Origin: Bdellovibrionales bacterium | GTDB taxonomy: Bacteria; Bdellovibrionota; Bdellovibrionia; Bdellovibrionales; JAGQZY01 | Direction: 5' to 3' | Length of the DNA: 64,000 bases | Assembly (NCBI GenBank): GCA_031426555.1 | Contig: JANPLN010000065.1 | Coordinates: 8,535 to 72,534, forward strand | Shown here: one piece after another, positions 10,901 to 19,601 of the stretch | Layout: each line of letters opens with the position of its first letter | Numbering within the stretch: position 1 is the first letter of the stretch | Translations under genes and position numbers: made by a program | The notes under the pieces: generated by a model | The model's database searches: none | Told to the model about the DNA's origin: nothing | Seen by the model: only the letters and a program-made list of their open reading frames with translations

Positions 10901-12310
10901 ACGGATTTCTTCTCGCAGTGTTTTTAAAATTTCTTCAGGAATCTCGTCCACGTCGGCTCGGATAAAGGCGTCCTGGTGAGCGCCTAGTTTTTCACTGAGG
11001 GCTTGCTGCTCGCGCAGCAATTTTTTCCTAAAACTTAAACCCTCAAAATTATCGTTCATGCCAGTGATAAAAGTGAGTTCTTGAAGTGGTGACAGCCAGC
11101 CTTCAGTGATGGCACGAACCAGTTGGATGCGAGCAATGCGGTCCGCCTCAACACCCTCGATCAGGTTTTTGTATTCTTCCACCGAAATAAAAGCCGTCGC
11201 AACACGTCCGTCATAATTTGCAATAAGGTCAGGCTGAGTCTCATGCCAAGGTGTGGCAGACATATCAACCACCACCGTGTTAGCAGAAAGGCGAGACATC
11301 ATCTGTTCATGAACGACCGCAAACTGTCCCCCCACTTTCCCGGCATGGTGGGCTTCGTCGCGGTAAATGACTTTAGGGCCGCTGTATCTTTCGAGAAGGG
11401 TGAGTATCTCTTGGCTTCGTTTAAAAAATGTAGAGCGGGTGGCAAGGATAAATCGTGTGTTGCTGCCAATCGCAGAGGTGGTGCCAGTATCAAATAAGCG
11501 CGCCGTTTCTATACCAGGAAAGATTTCCTGTAGTTTTTCTGCTACGTCCGAGAGGATCAATTTGTTCTCAACCACAAAAACCATCATGGGCATTTGCTGC
11601 TGATGAATCGCTTTGACCATCTCAAGAAATTTTAATGCCACAATCGTTTTGCCAACGCCGGTTGGGAGCATGAGGAGCATGTGCAGCGGATGTGCGATCC
11701 CTTGCTTTAAGTGATCTTGGTACATTGTGACCAGTCCTGGGCGAGAATAGTCCCCCTCCTTCTTTCCCGTCAAAGTTTCTAGTTGTGGAGGAGTAAGTTT
11801 TTTATTTTTTTGAGCGGGGAGAAGAGGGTTTTTAAACAAAGGATGCAGAGTCTGATCAGCGCGAAAGAGAGATCTTGTGAATCCCTTGAGATCTTCGACG
11901 TTCAGCAATTCCTTTTGTGAATTGTACATCGCAACGAGATTGCCCTCAATGGCTGGCCCTAAATATTCTCCCTTGTTGGATTGAAAACGGTGAACACGCA
12001 CATCTGGTGGACCTGCGATGTAGGATTCGCCTTCGACAAAGTGGATATTATATGTCGAATAGATGTTCCATTCGCTGCGCCTTTTTTTGGGTTCGGGAAT
12101 CAGAACTTCCAGTGTGATGACAGCTCCCTGTTCGGTTTGAGACGTCTTCATACGAAAGGGGTGCTGCTGGGGGTCGGCTTCGATCCGCGGAAGTAGAGGG
12201 GAGAGAACCTCCTTCACATACTGGGCGACATAAGATTCAGGGGTCTGAGCAAAGGCGACAGGGCTTGAGCTTAGAAGCATCAGAGACAGGAAAAATTGTA
12301 TTAAACGCAT
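7922..12310 (-). CDS. large superfamily-2 (ResIII/DEAH-like) helicase with N-terminal signal peptide and long unknown C-terminal region
   Basis: Walker A LPTGVGKT, DEAHH, SATP, GIIFV, LGEGVDLP, QAFGRGTR; from ATG 12310 MRLIQFFLSLMLLSSSPVAFA|Q. Confidence 0.85.
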   Translation of the reverse strand: MRLIQFFLSLMLLSSSPVAFAQTPESYVAQYVKEVLSPLLPRIEADPQQHPFRMKTSQTEQGAVITLEVLIPEPKKRRSEWNIYSTYNIHFVEGESYIAGPPDVRVHRFQSNKGEYLGPAIEGNLVAMYNSQKELLNVEDLKGFTRSLFRADQTLHPLFKNPLLPAQKNKKLTPPQLETLTGKKEGDYSRPGLVTMYQDHLKQGIAHPLHMLLMLPTGVGKTIVALKFLEMVKAIHQQQMPMMVFVVENKLILSDVAEKLQEIFPGIETARLFDTGTTSAIGSNTRFILATRSTFFKRSQEILTLLERYSGPKVIYRDEAHHAGKVGGQFAVVHEQMMSRLSANTVVVDMSATPWHETQPDLIANYDGRVATAFISVEEYKNLIEGVEADRIARIQLVRAITEGWLSPLQELTFITGMNDNFEGLSFRKKLLREQQALSEKLGAHQDAFIRADVDEIPEEILKTLREEIRFVHTAIIEKVFNDLRAQFQRDRNDRVAEYDRGIIFVPSIVHAEIYKIFLNEMAKSENMEFRVVHSGQKQSNSVDVVAQNIDWFNSTQSSHRHRYLISVDLLGEGVDLPSANRIVYVNTSSNIKVLLQAFGRGTRLSQLKTGIRLTDFGGSFIRFFQEIPGHLLSTLFPVFQFDPKSNEPFRKYTEKKGSGITLDDQKVSIDSLVSLQVDSPMLEIMERAQSDKDLINDSELQKLKNAERDILSQSSKIAIQFGWSVKVDPPTSTQINDWVQTILERADLHLDGRWSMNTEKSAGPKISRQLSEFIFTNWKMLSLPWQYFLQDVQIERLFYDGLEHPMQRTYEAMMNDPSVRLGPESGIHRVYEAFVQGKTELFPESWADTIKSLTDFEKKQIVAIVNILSLLNSSEGRRLVLAAPNAPSLLKMILQTETSTRTPYALPTYRHKVVTNFQRLGITNPWHYDYRWAESFEGTEDLLKLTRLSSDVAKLRMQSLSVGLPFDGIHARNGKIPLFRLAALARQLSLQNPGQKQFIAQFAQPLLDADITLGGNASPHRLTPQDGIFTLHRAYQVDAYIGSQVSNIELYMMKQALAVEAVKAFGVVLPDEKLNWFSKIATTLQPLPPLLLQDLLDQAPFAQRMIDHIDESHRQALQAQLKLSKYTMTGDDLMDFRYRAMQDHGEDYLVDKSHNVTLPKTVNAVWWLEYYRRIVYNPQLETLSIAQREKTLDIVSVLAEKLNYVNKAAAPWALTMKDWLLKPLSHDELPMDLSRISLDNANGMVFGTRIFTALPFYFLAKYGGHLEDVDGLGDVRSKEIVLWSQQFGQRYQQELQQLNLERLFYPSPEVMEILYQMQLNQSIESAKLYRTLYAHLVKPISGHADDIASAKKIETLIGGVTKIDHINSTLSVKTKERAIILDRAVFESVILRRIIMRLFFQRRGEPSKRDPKSMGPWDVLVDSLISSELKSVVERSRTGMTLQVTRPAAPAQTGLRCVDLF

Positions 12311-12424
12311 GCGGGCAATATAGGTCACTTCCCAGTGACCTGATATGACGTTGTCTTCGCGTTGTAAAAGTTTTAGATGTGATTAACTTTTATCCACTCT
12401 TTAGCTGACAGTTTTGCTGGCAGT

Positions 12425-13399
12425 TTAGCTGACCTGAGCGGCTGGGTGGTGGGCGGGGATGCCTGTATTGGCCACGCCTTGCGGTAGGATGGGAACGATT
12501 TCAGTTTCCATTTTTTCCGTCACGATAAGATTTTCCAGCATCATTTGTGACAAAGCTTCTAGGTGGTTAAATTCATCGCTTTTACGAAGTTTTAATTTTT
12601 GCGGTTTGCCAGCCACGAAGTTTTTTACAAAACGTTCGAAGGCGTAAACCGGTCCAGCCACACGGTGGGAAAGGGAGCGGCCAATCATAAACAAGAAAGC
12701 ACCAAACGCCAAGGTGAAAGCTGTGTAAGTCTGAATGAAGGGAATTAAAAATTGATCGAGCAGCTTTTGGTTATTACCAATCAAGTCCACCACCATAAAG
12801 CGCAAAAAGGTATAACTAAACACGCCGGCGATGAGACCAAATCCCAAACCAATACCCATCAACGTAAAGCAGTAACGCAATTGAAACGCGGGATTTACCC
12901 AGTAGTATTTACGAATATTATTTTGTGGCCACAGCAATTCGCCATCTTTTAAAAGCGCCGTCACTAAACAAATATAACCCACCCACTGGAGAGCATCTGC
13001 AACGTTGAGCACCGGGGAGTGCCAGCCACCCACTTCGAAATAAATAAAATCGATCACATAACCTTGAATCGTGCGATCGATCACATTGCCGATAATTCCA
13101 CCCATGAGGGTCGACATTCCAACGCGCAACAAAAGGGATTTGATCGGAAGAAGATACTGAATGATCACAAACGTAAATAGTAAAAATGCTCCACCCGTAG
13201 AAAGAGAAACAATTCTTAAAATCGGAGGAAGACTAGAAAACAACCCAAGCATAGCGCCTTTATTGAAATGCAGTGCAAATCCAAGGGGGCCATATTTAAG
13301 AGTGCCAGCAAGTCCCAGGGCCCACCATTTGGTTGCTTGATCAATTGCGATCGTAAAGAACATCGGGGCGAGGACATAAAACCATTCGTGCTTTTTCAT
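12425..13399 (-). CDS. lspA: lipoprotein signal peptidase II with C-terminal 2-TM + HAMP-like extension
   Basis: DQATK, NKGAMLG, GNVIDR, VIDFI, NVAD motifs; extra ~170 aa ending SHRVAGPV...LRKSDEF. Confidence 0.85.
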   Translation of the reverse strand: MKKHEWFYVLAPMFFTIAIDQATKWWALGLAGTLKYGPLGFALHFNKGAMLGLFSSLPPILRIVSLSTGGAFLLFTFVIIQYLLPIKSLLLRVGMSTLMGGIIGNVIDRTIQGYVIDFIYFEVGGWHSPVLNVADALQWVGYICLVTALLKDGELLWPQNNIRKYYWVNPAFQLRYCFTLMGIGLGFGLIAGVFSYTFLRFMVVDLIGNNQKLLDQFLIPFIQTYTAFTLAFGAFLFMIGRSLSHRVAGPVYAFERFVKNFVAGKPQKLKLRKSDEFNHLEALSQMMLENLIVTEKMETEIVPILPQGVANTGIPAHHPAAQVS

Positions 13400-13470
13400 T
13401 CACTTAGAATAAAAGATTCAGTAAAAACCGCAAAACATAAAAAGGTCCTACTAGACAGAGCTCTAGTGCA

Positions 13471-13607
13471 TGTTTTCGATTCTAAGAAAATATGGAAAGG
13501 CATTCTTTTTAAACGCGTCCATCCTGGACTCGCTCGCAGGGCGAAACGTCCTGTTTGCGAGAGGTTTAAAAAGAATACCTTTCCACATTTTCTTAAAATC
13601 GAAAACA
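13471..13607 (+). repeat. long palindromic element copy E1 (44-bp arms, 49-nt conserved core)
   Basis: arms 13471-13514 / 13564-13607 (3 mismatches); core GCGTCCATCCTGGACTCGCTCGCAGGGCGAAACGTCCTGTTTGCGAGAG. Confidence 0.92.
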
Positions 13608-13650
13608 AGACAAAAACACCCCTGTTAACCAACCTGCGCATTCACTTTCA

Positions 13651-13808
13651 ACTTTCTCCTATTTTTTGGAATTCTTGGAGATTCGAAACAGTTCTTTTTC
13701 AAACCTCTCGCAAACACGAAGTTTCGTCCTGCGAGCGAGTCCAAGGATGGACGCGTTTGAAAAAGGACTGTTTCGAATCTCCAAGAATTCCAAAAAATAG
13801 GAGAAAGT
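13651..13808 (-). repeat. long palindromic element copy E2 (54-bp arms, core in reverse orientation)
   Basis: arms 13651-13704 / 13755-13808 (1 mismatch); reverse-complement core GCGTCCATCCTTGGACTCGCTCGCAGGACGAAACTTCGTGTTTGCGAGAG. Confidence 0.92.
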
Positions 13809-13827
13809 GCCGAGTCATTGCTCGAGG

Positions 13828-14715
13828 TTAGGCGATGTCTTGTCCAATGACGGTCATGTTGCGGCCTTGTTTTTTGGCAAGGTAAAGTGCCTGGTCCGCC
13901 ACTGCCACGATTTCGTCGGCATCGAGTCCATGCTCGGGGTAGCTGGCCACGCCTAAGCTAATGCTAAGGCGAAATTGCAGAGAGGGGATGTGGCTGACTG
14001 AGGCGCGCAGGGTTTCGGCAAAGGCGAAGGCAAAATCAGACGGAGTTTTGGGTAAAATCGCCGCGAACTCTTCGCCACCGTAGCGGGAGAGGGAGTAGTG
14101 CGGCTTCATTTCGCTGGATAGCTTTTGCGCAAGCAAAGACAGGATCTGATCTCCGCGCGGGTGGCCAAATTGATCGTTAAGAATTTTAAAATGATCCACA
14201 TCGATCATTATCAGCGAAACAGCGGTTTTTGTTTGTTTGGCTTTTTGGATTTCGATACGTAATTTTTCTTGGAAAAAGCGATGATTGGTAAGCTCGGTGA
14301 CCGGATCGGTGATGGAGAGCTCTTTAAATTTATCGCGCTCGTTCAACAGACGCAACGTGCTTTCGGCCTCGCGCATGTGCAGTCGCAATAGATCGGGCTC
14401 CCAAGGCTTTAAGATAAACTTGTGGATTAAATTGGACTCCATGGCATTTGAAATATCGGAGAGTCCCACTTCTCCAGTGAGGAGCACTCGCAAGGTTTGT
14501 GGGTGATTGTCTTTGACCCAATTTAAAATTTCAAGACCATTAATAGTTTTAAGATTGTAGTCGCAAATCACAATGGACACTTTTTGCGAAAAAGCCTTTT
14601 GCGCGTCCGAAAAATTTGTCGCCAAAGCTATGTCAAAGGACTGCCGGAGATCTCTTTGCAGAGCTTCGAGGATATGAATGTCGTCGTCGATGCACAGGAT
14701 GAGAGGTCTATTCAT
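13828..14715 (-). CDS. response-regulator diguanylate cyclase (REC + GGDEF)
   Basis: CIDDD...ICD...LTG...KPW receiver; TDPVT, DVDHFK, ND.FGH..GD, RYGGEEF; start taken at ATG 14715. Confidence 0.92.
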   Translation of the reverse strand: MNRPLILCIDDDIHILEALQRDLRQSFDIALATNFSDAQKAFSQKVSIVICDYNLKTINGLEILNWVKDNHPQTLRVLLTGEVGLSDISNAMESNLIHKFILKPWEPDLLRLHMREAESTLRLLNERDKFKELSITDPVTELTNHRFFQEKLRIEIQKAKQTKTAVSLIMIDVDHFKILNDQFGHPRGDQILSLLAQKLSSEMKPHYSLSRYGGEEFAAILPKTPSDFAFAFAETLRASVSHIPSLQFRLSISLGVASYPEHGLDADEIVAVADQALYLAKKQGRNMTVIGQDIA

Positions 14716-16276
14716 TTTTTTCGATTTCCTTCTCGATGTTAAAAACAAACTGAAATCCGCCCAAAGGCGATGGCACAAAATTTTGAATTCGCTTGTTCAC
14801 CACCGCCACATATTGGTCATACCAAAGGGGTAATACGGGCATGTCTTCAATCACTATTTTTTGAATCTGCTTGTAAAGCTGCACCCGTTGGTCGAGATTT
14901 TCGAGCTGTTGCCCTTGCTCTAAAAGCTTATCAAGCTGGGGGTTGATATAGAAGGCACGGTTCGCGCCTTTGGGAGGAACTTGTTCAGAGTGAAACGCGA
15001 GACGATACTGATCGGGATCCCAAATGCCCACAAAGCGCATTGTTGCGAGCTGAAAATTGCCCTTCGAAACGTCCTCGTAGTACGTTCCCCATTCAAAACT
15101 TTTCATGCGCACCGAAATACCGAGTTTTTCGATTTGATGAGCAAGAATACGACCGTTTTCGATGGCCATTTTTTGATTGGAGGTTTTAAGTTCGAGTTCC
15201 AATGGTTTTGGCAAATTCTTTAAAAGCTCCATGCCCTTTTGCACATCCGTGCTCGGAAGTTGAAGTGCGGCATCGTAGTACGGCGTGCTGGGAATTACAA
15301 ATGCACTGGCCGGTGTGGCGTAGCCTTCGAGCTTGTATTTGATAATTTCAGAGCGGTCGATCGCGTAGTTAATCGCCGCGCGCACGTTTTTGTTTTTAAG
15401 TAAGGGATCACGCAGGTTCAATAACATGTAAGTCACATTGGCGCCAGGCATGTCATACACGCTAAATCGGGGAGAGCTTTTAAAAACCGACATTTTTGAA
15501 AGTGGAATGTCGGTCTGTACTAAATCCACAGAACCTTTGTAAAGTTTTTGAAAGCGCGTGTTGTCGTCGCGAATCACTTTGAGTTGAAGTTTAGAAATTT
15601 TGGGTGCGCGGTAATGGTTTGCTCGTGCCTTTAATAAAAGTTCATTGTCGTTCGCAGTGACCAATTCAAAGGCTCCAGAGCCCACGATGTGTTCGTAAAA
15701 ATCTTTATCGTGGGCTTGCACAATTTTTTTAGGAAGCATTTGAACGATTGCCAAATCGAGATAAAACGTACTCTCAAAACGATCTACCGTGATGTCTACC
15801 GAGTGATTAACGCCGTCGTAAACCGCCACTACTTTCTTAATTTTTTTAAACGCCGGAGAAAACAGACAAGAGTCTTTTTGAAACTCGGCAAACGAAAATT
15901 CAATGTCTTCGGCTGTGAGGGGAGCGCCGTCGGAAAAGGTGACTCCGGGTTTTAGATTAAAGTGATAGACAAAATTTTTATAAGTCCAGGAGTCGGCAAG
16001 ATCTCCTTGAATGGTGATGGGCGAGGTGGGTGTTTCGGTGGTCACGCGCACAAGTGAGGAGAATATCAGACTGCGCACATTGCTGCCGATGGAGTCGCGT
16101 GCGATACGCGGATCCAGGGTGGGCGGTGCTGCGGGGATTCCGATGACCACGGTGTCGGGTGGCGTTTGCGAACGTTTTTTGCAATTCGTCAGAAGAATTA
16201 ACGACAGGATTGTCATTGGAATGACAAAAACATAAAAAGTGAAAATACGAAGCAGCTGACGTCCAGAAAGTATCAC
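14708..16276 (-). CDS. ABC transporter substrate-binding protein, family 5 (DppA/OppA-like)
   Basis: TLDP, GVTFSDGAPLTAEDI, VGSGAF, VRAAINYAIDR; start uncertain. Confidence 0.9.
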   Translation of the reverse strand: MILSGRQLLRIFTFYVFVIPMTILSLILLTNCKKRSQTPPDTVVIGIPAAPPTLDPRIARDSIGSNVRSLIFSSLVRVTTETPTSPITIQGDLADSWTYKNFVYHFNLKPGVTFSDGAPLTAEDIEFSFAEFQKDSCLFSPAFKKIKKVVAVYDGVNHSVDITVDRFESTFYLDLAIVQMLPKKIVQAHDKDFYEHIVGSGAFELVTANDNELLLKARANHYRAPKISKLQLKVIRDDNTRFQKLYKGSVDLVQTDIPLSKMSVFKSSPRFSVYDMPGANVTYMLLNLRDPLLKNKNVRAAINYAIDRSEIIKYKLEGYATPASAFVIPSTPYYDAALQLPSTDVQKGMELLKNLPKPLELELKTSNQKMAIENGRILAHQIEKLGISVRMKSFEWGTYYEDVSKGNFQLATMRFVGIWDPDQYRLAFHSEQVPPKGANRAFYINPQLDKLLEQGQQLENLDQRVQLYKQIQKIVIEDMPVLPLWYDQYVAVVNKRIQNFVPSPLGGFQFVFNIEKEIEKNE

Positions 16277-16336
16277 TTCGAAAGCTTAGCTAATAATTGT
16301 TGTAATGCCAAGAGGGGATCGGGCATAATTATTTGC

Positions 16337-17695
16337 ATGGGAAAATACTCAACTCTCCTTCTGGCTCTGGTTTTTCAATGGAACGCCTTGGCCGAACCAA
16401 TTGATGGAATCTTGCGACGGAGCCAAATTCCCACAAAGCACTTTGGTATTTGGATGGAGGGCGAAAAAACCGCATGGACCCATAACGCTGATGTGCTTAT
16501 GACCCCGGCATCTCTGAGTAAAATTCCAACTGCTGCAGCAGTGTTGGGCGTACTAGGTTTGGGTCACTCCTTCGAAACTCGTGTGTGGTCGTCAGAGCCA
16601 ATAACGGGTGGAGAATTTAAGGGCGATCTCTATCTTCAAGGGGGCGGCGACCCTTCCCTGGTTTCGGAAAACTACTGGGCCATTGTCAACGAGCTCAAGC
16701 GCTCCGGTATAAAATCCCTTAAAGGGCAGTTGTATGTGGATAGCTCTCTGTTTGACGAAGAGTACTTCTCGGACTCTCGCCAAAGTGTACGGGTGGATCG
16801 CGCGTACGATGCGCCAGTTGCGGCACTGTCGTTTAACTGGAATTCGGTAAACATTTTTGTTCGACCGGGTAAAAGAGGCGAAGCTGCCTCTGTTTTTGCG
16901 GATCCACAAAACGATTATATCGAATTAAAAAATCAGGTCAGAACCGGAGCGAAAACCGAATTGCGGGTAGAGCGCCGTTCGAAAAAGCAACACGACGAAG
17001 TCATCGTGAGTGGAACCATCGCTCTGGGATCTGTGGAACAAGCGATTTATAAAAGCATTAGCCATCCTGATTTTTGGGCGGGCAAAAATTTTAAAACATT
17101 TTTAAATCAACAGGGCATTGAATACAGCGGCACTGTGGAAAAAAAGGCTCCTCCGGCATCGGCGCAACTTTTAGTGACGTTTAAGAGTAAACCTTTGCGC
17201 GACATCGTTACCGACATGGCTAAGTTTTCAAACAACTACGTGGCCGAGATGCTCACCAAGGCTCTTTCGCAGCAAAAACCCGCAACTCTTAAAAAAGGCG
17301 TGGAACGAATTCATCAGTGGTTGATCGAGAACGGTTGGAAGCATAAAAATTTCGTTTTCGAAAATCCATCGGGGTTTTCCCATGATAATAAATTTCGCGC
17401 CCAGGATTTAGGACAGCTGTTAGTAGATCTTCGTTCAAAGCACGCCATCTTTCCAGAGTTTATTGTATCGTTGCCGATTGCTGGAGTGGATGGGACACTG
17501 AAAAAACGTTTGAAAGACAAAACCACAGAGGTGCGAGCCAAAACCGGCTATTTGGATGGAATTATAGGGCTTGCGGGCTACTACCAAAAAAACGGTGAGC
17601 AAAAGGCTTTTGTGTTTATGTACAACGGCCCCACTAAATACGACAGCCAAGTGCGCGATGTCTTCGACAACATCCTCCGCCACGGCAGCTTTTAG
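16337..17695 (+). CDS. dacB: D-alanyl-D-alanine carboxypeptidase/endopeptidase (PBP4, peptidase S13)
   Basis: ASLSK (SxxK), GGGDP, SNN, KTG; signal peptide. Confidence 0.92.
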   Translation: MGKYSTLLLALVFQWNALAEPIDGILRRSQIPTKHFGIWMEGEKTAWTHNADVLMTPASLSKIPTAAAVLGVLGLGHSFETRVWSSEPITGGEFKGDLYLQGGGDPSLVSENYWAIVNELKRSGIKSLKGQLYVDSSLFDEEYFSDSRQSVRVDRAYDAPVAALSFNWNSVNIFVRPGKRGEAASVFADPQNDYIELKNQVRTGAKTELRVERRSKKQHDEVIVSGTIALGSVEQAIYKSISHPDFWAGKNFKTFLNQQGIEYSGTVEKKAPPASAQLLVTFKSKPLRDIVTDMAKFSNNYVAEMLTKALSQQKPATLKKGVERIHQWLIENGWKHKNFVFENPSGFSHDNKFRAQDLGQLLVDLRSKHAIFPEFIVSLPIAGVDGTLKKRLKDKTTEVRAKTGYLDGIIGLAGYYQKNGEQKAFVFMYNGPTKYDSQVRDVFDNILRHGSF

Positions 17696-17710
17696 GTACC
17701 AAGTACCTTT
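17694..17710. terminator. short hairpin between convergent genes
   Basis: AGGTAC-caa-GTACCT followed by a short T run right after the dacB stop. Confidence 0.35.
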
Positions 17711-17732
17711 ACCGGCGGCGTAGCGTCGAGGG

Positions 17733-18230
17733 TTACTGCGTTTTAGCGTAAGCGATTTCTTTTTCGGCTTTTGTCTTAAGTTCTTCGCAGAGATCTTTTA
17801 AGGCAGCGGGACATTCCTTTTGAGCTTTAACAACAACATTGGCGAGCTGTTTTTCGGTGGCCGAAACATAACAGCCCATACTTTTAAAAAAGAAACTTTT
17901 AAACTCTTTATCAGCATCGAATAACTTTGCGAGATCAGGAAGGCGCTTCCAGAAGACGTCCAAGCTTAAGCTGATGGCACCTTCGATTCCTTGGGAGTAA
18001 GCGCCGTCCATGCAGTTGCTGTGATTTTTGTAAAAGTCGTACAGCGCCTGAAAATTTCCATTGGTATCGAGTTCAGAAATTGTCTTCTGAAATGCATTCA
18101 TGCAAACATTTTCAGTGTCGTTTGTTTTTTCCACTGGAGTCGCCACCTGCACCGGCGGCGCCACGGGTTCTTTATTAAACCAGGAGCAGGATGTAATTAA
18201 ACAAAATGAAATAGCTAGAAAAATTCTCAT
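17733..18230 (-). CDS. hypothetical lipoprotein, Cys-containing helical protein
   Basis: lipobox ITSC; GGAG SD. Confidence 0.75.
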   Translation of the reverse strand: MRIFLAISFCLITSCSWFNKEPVAPPVQVATPVEKTNDTENVCMNAFQKTISELDTNGNFQALYDFYKNHSNCMDGAYSQGIEGAISLSLDVFWKRLPDLAKLFDADKEFKSFFFKSMGCYVSATEKQLANVVVKAQKECPAALKDLCEELKTKAEKEIAYAKTQ

Positions 18231-18245
18231 TTGGACTCCTCTGAG

Positions 18246-18776
18246 CTAATTCAAATTATCCGCTTTAGCAATGTAAGGAAGATTGCGATACAGTTCCTGA
18301 TAATCAAGACCGTAGCCCACCACGAATTCGTTTTTAATTTCGAAGCCAAAATAATCCAACTGCACATCGGCTTTCATGGCATCGGGTTTGACAAGCAGGG
18401 AAACTGTTTTGAGGCTTTTTGGCTGGCGGGCTTGCAAGCAAGTTTTGAGGTACGTCATGGTAAGACCAGAATCCACGATGTCTTCCACCAACAAAACATT
18501 TTTACCTTCGAGGGGATTGGTGAGATCTAACGTCACCTTCACTTCGCCCGACGATTGCGTGTCGCCATGATAGCTGGAAACTCCAAAAAATTCGCAAATC
18601 ACGTTGGCGTCGATTTCGCGAATCAGATCGGAATAAAACATGTACGAGCCCTTCAAAATACAAATGGCCACCACATCCTCGCCTTTAAAATCCTTGGTGA
18701 TCTGTGCTCCCAATTGCTTTACCCGCTCTTGCAGCGTTTTTTCGTCGATCAATTTTGAAAGTTTTAATGGCACCAT
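18246..18776 (-). CDS. hpt: hypoxanthine phosphoribosyltransferase
   Basis: ILKGS, VLLVEDIVDSGLT PRPP motif, FVVGYGLD. Confidence 0.95.
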   Translation of the reverse strand: MVPLKLSKLIDEKTLQERVKQLGAQITKDFKGEDVVAICILKGSYMFYSDLIREIDANVICEFFGVSSYHGDTQSSGEVKVTLDLTNPLEGKNVLLVEDIVDSGLTMTYLKTCLQARQPKSLKTVSLLVKPDAMKADVQLDYFGFEIKNEFVVGYGLDYQELYRNLPYIAKADNLN

Positions 18777-18791
18777 GGTTCCCCCTGTTTA

Positions 18792-19583
18792 TTACACAAA
18801 TGAGTTGCTAATTAATTCACCGACGCCACCAGCGCCGGGGACAATATATTGTTGGTCGTTGAGGCCACGCTCGTCGGCCCAGCGCTCGCCTGGAATCGTT
18901 TTTAAAACCGATTCGCTGGAAAGTCCACGGTCTACGCGGGCAGTGTAAATTATCACGTCGGGGTGAGCCTGAGTGATTTGCCGAATGTATTCGGGCGTGA
19001 CGATTAGATGCACGGCAATCCATTTTTTTGCAGGACCTTTTACATTTTTTTTATAAAAATCCAACACGGTCGATAGCGATTGACCGGTGGCGCCCATGGG
19101 ATCTGGCAAAATGACGATGGAGTTCGTAACGTCGCCGCCGATTTTTGAACCAGCAAGGTCCGTCCCAGTGACAGTGTTTTGCGCGTTGACAATACGAGAG
19201 GCGAAAATATGATCCTGTCGCACCAAATGCGGATTCACCGTGTGGCACAAAAGATCAAAACCCACTTGGCTGGGCAACATGCCCGCGCGAGCAATATCCA
19301 CAATAACGGCCTTTTGTTTATCATCGAGAATTTCACCGGTGTACAAAGATTCAGGATGGGACGCCGTCATGCGCGTCGCCTTTTTTACCGTGATTTTTGG
19401 CCATTCGTTGTTGATCGCCTCGATAAATAAAGTGCTGTAAATAGTCGCCACTAAGCGATTGAACTCAGGTTGGAGTGTTTCGGGGGCGCAAAGTTTTGTC
19501 AGCAATGAGTTCATCGTCGGATGATGCAGAATGTGCACATTGGCTGGATAACGGTGCTCAATTTCGTAAGACTTGTACCCCAT
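18792..19583 (-). CDS. upp: uracil phosphoribosyltransferase
   Basis: IARAGM, PDPMGATGQS, LNDQQYIVPGAG. Confidence 0.85.
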   Translation of the reverse strand: MGYKSYEIEHRYPANVHILHHPTMNSLLTKLCAPETLQPEFNRLVATIYSTLFIEAINNEWPKITVKKATRMTASHPESLYTGEILDDKQKAVIVDIARAGMLPSQVGFDLLCHTVNPHLVRQDHIFASRIVNAQNTVTGTDLAGSKIGGDVTNSIVILPDPMGATGQSLSTVLDFYKKNVKGPAKKWIAVHLIVTPEYIRQITQAHPDVIIYTARVDRGLSSESVLKTIPGERWADERGLNDQQYIVPGAGGVGELISNSFV

Positions 19584-19601
19584 TTGGGATTTATAGCGTG
19601 C

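Noticed and set aside
7922..12310. Type I/III restriction-modification system
   Set aside because: No methyltransferase or specificity gene nearby, no recognisable nuclease motif, and the protein has a signal peptide.
13268..13831. 187-aa (+) and 81-aa (-, 13396-13641) ORFs across E1/E2
   Set aside because: They are translations of the palindromic repeats, overlap lspA and have no protein-like features.
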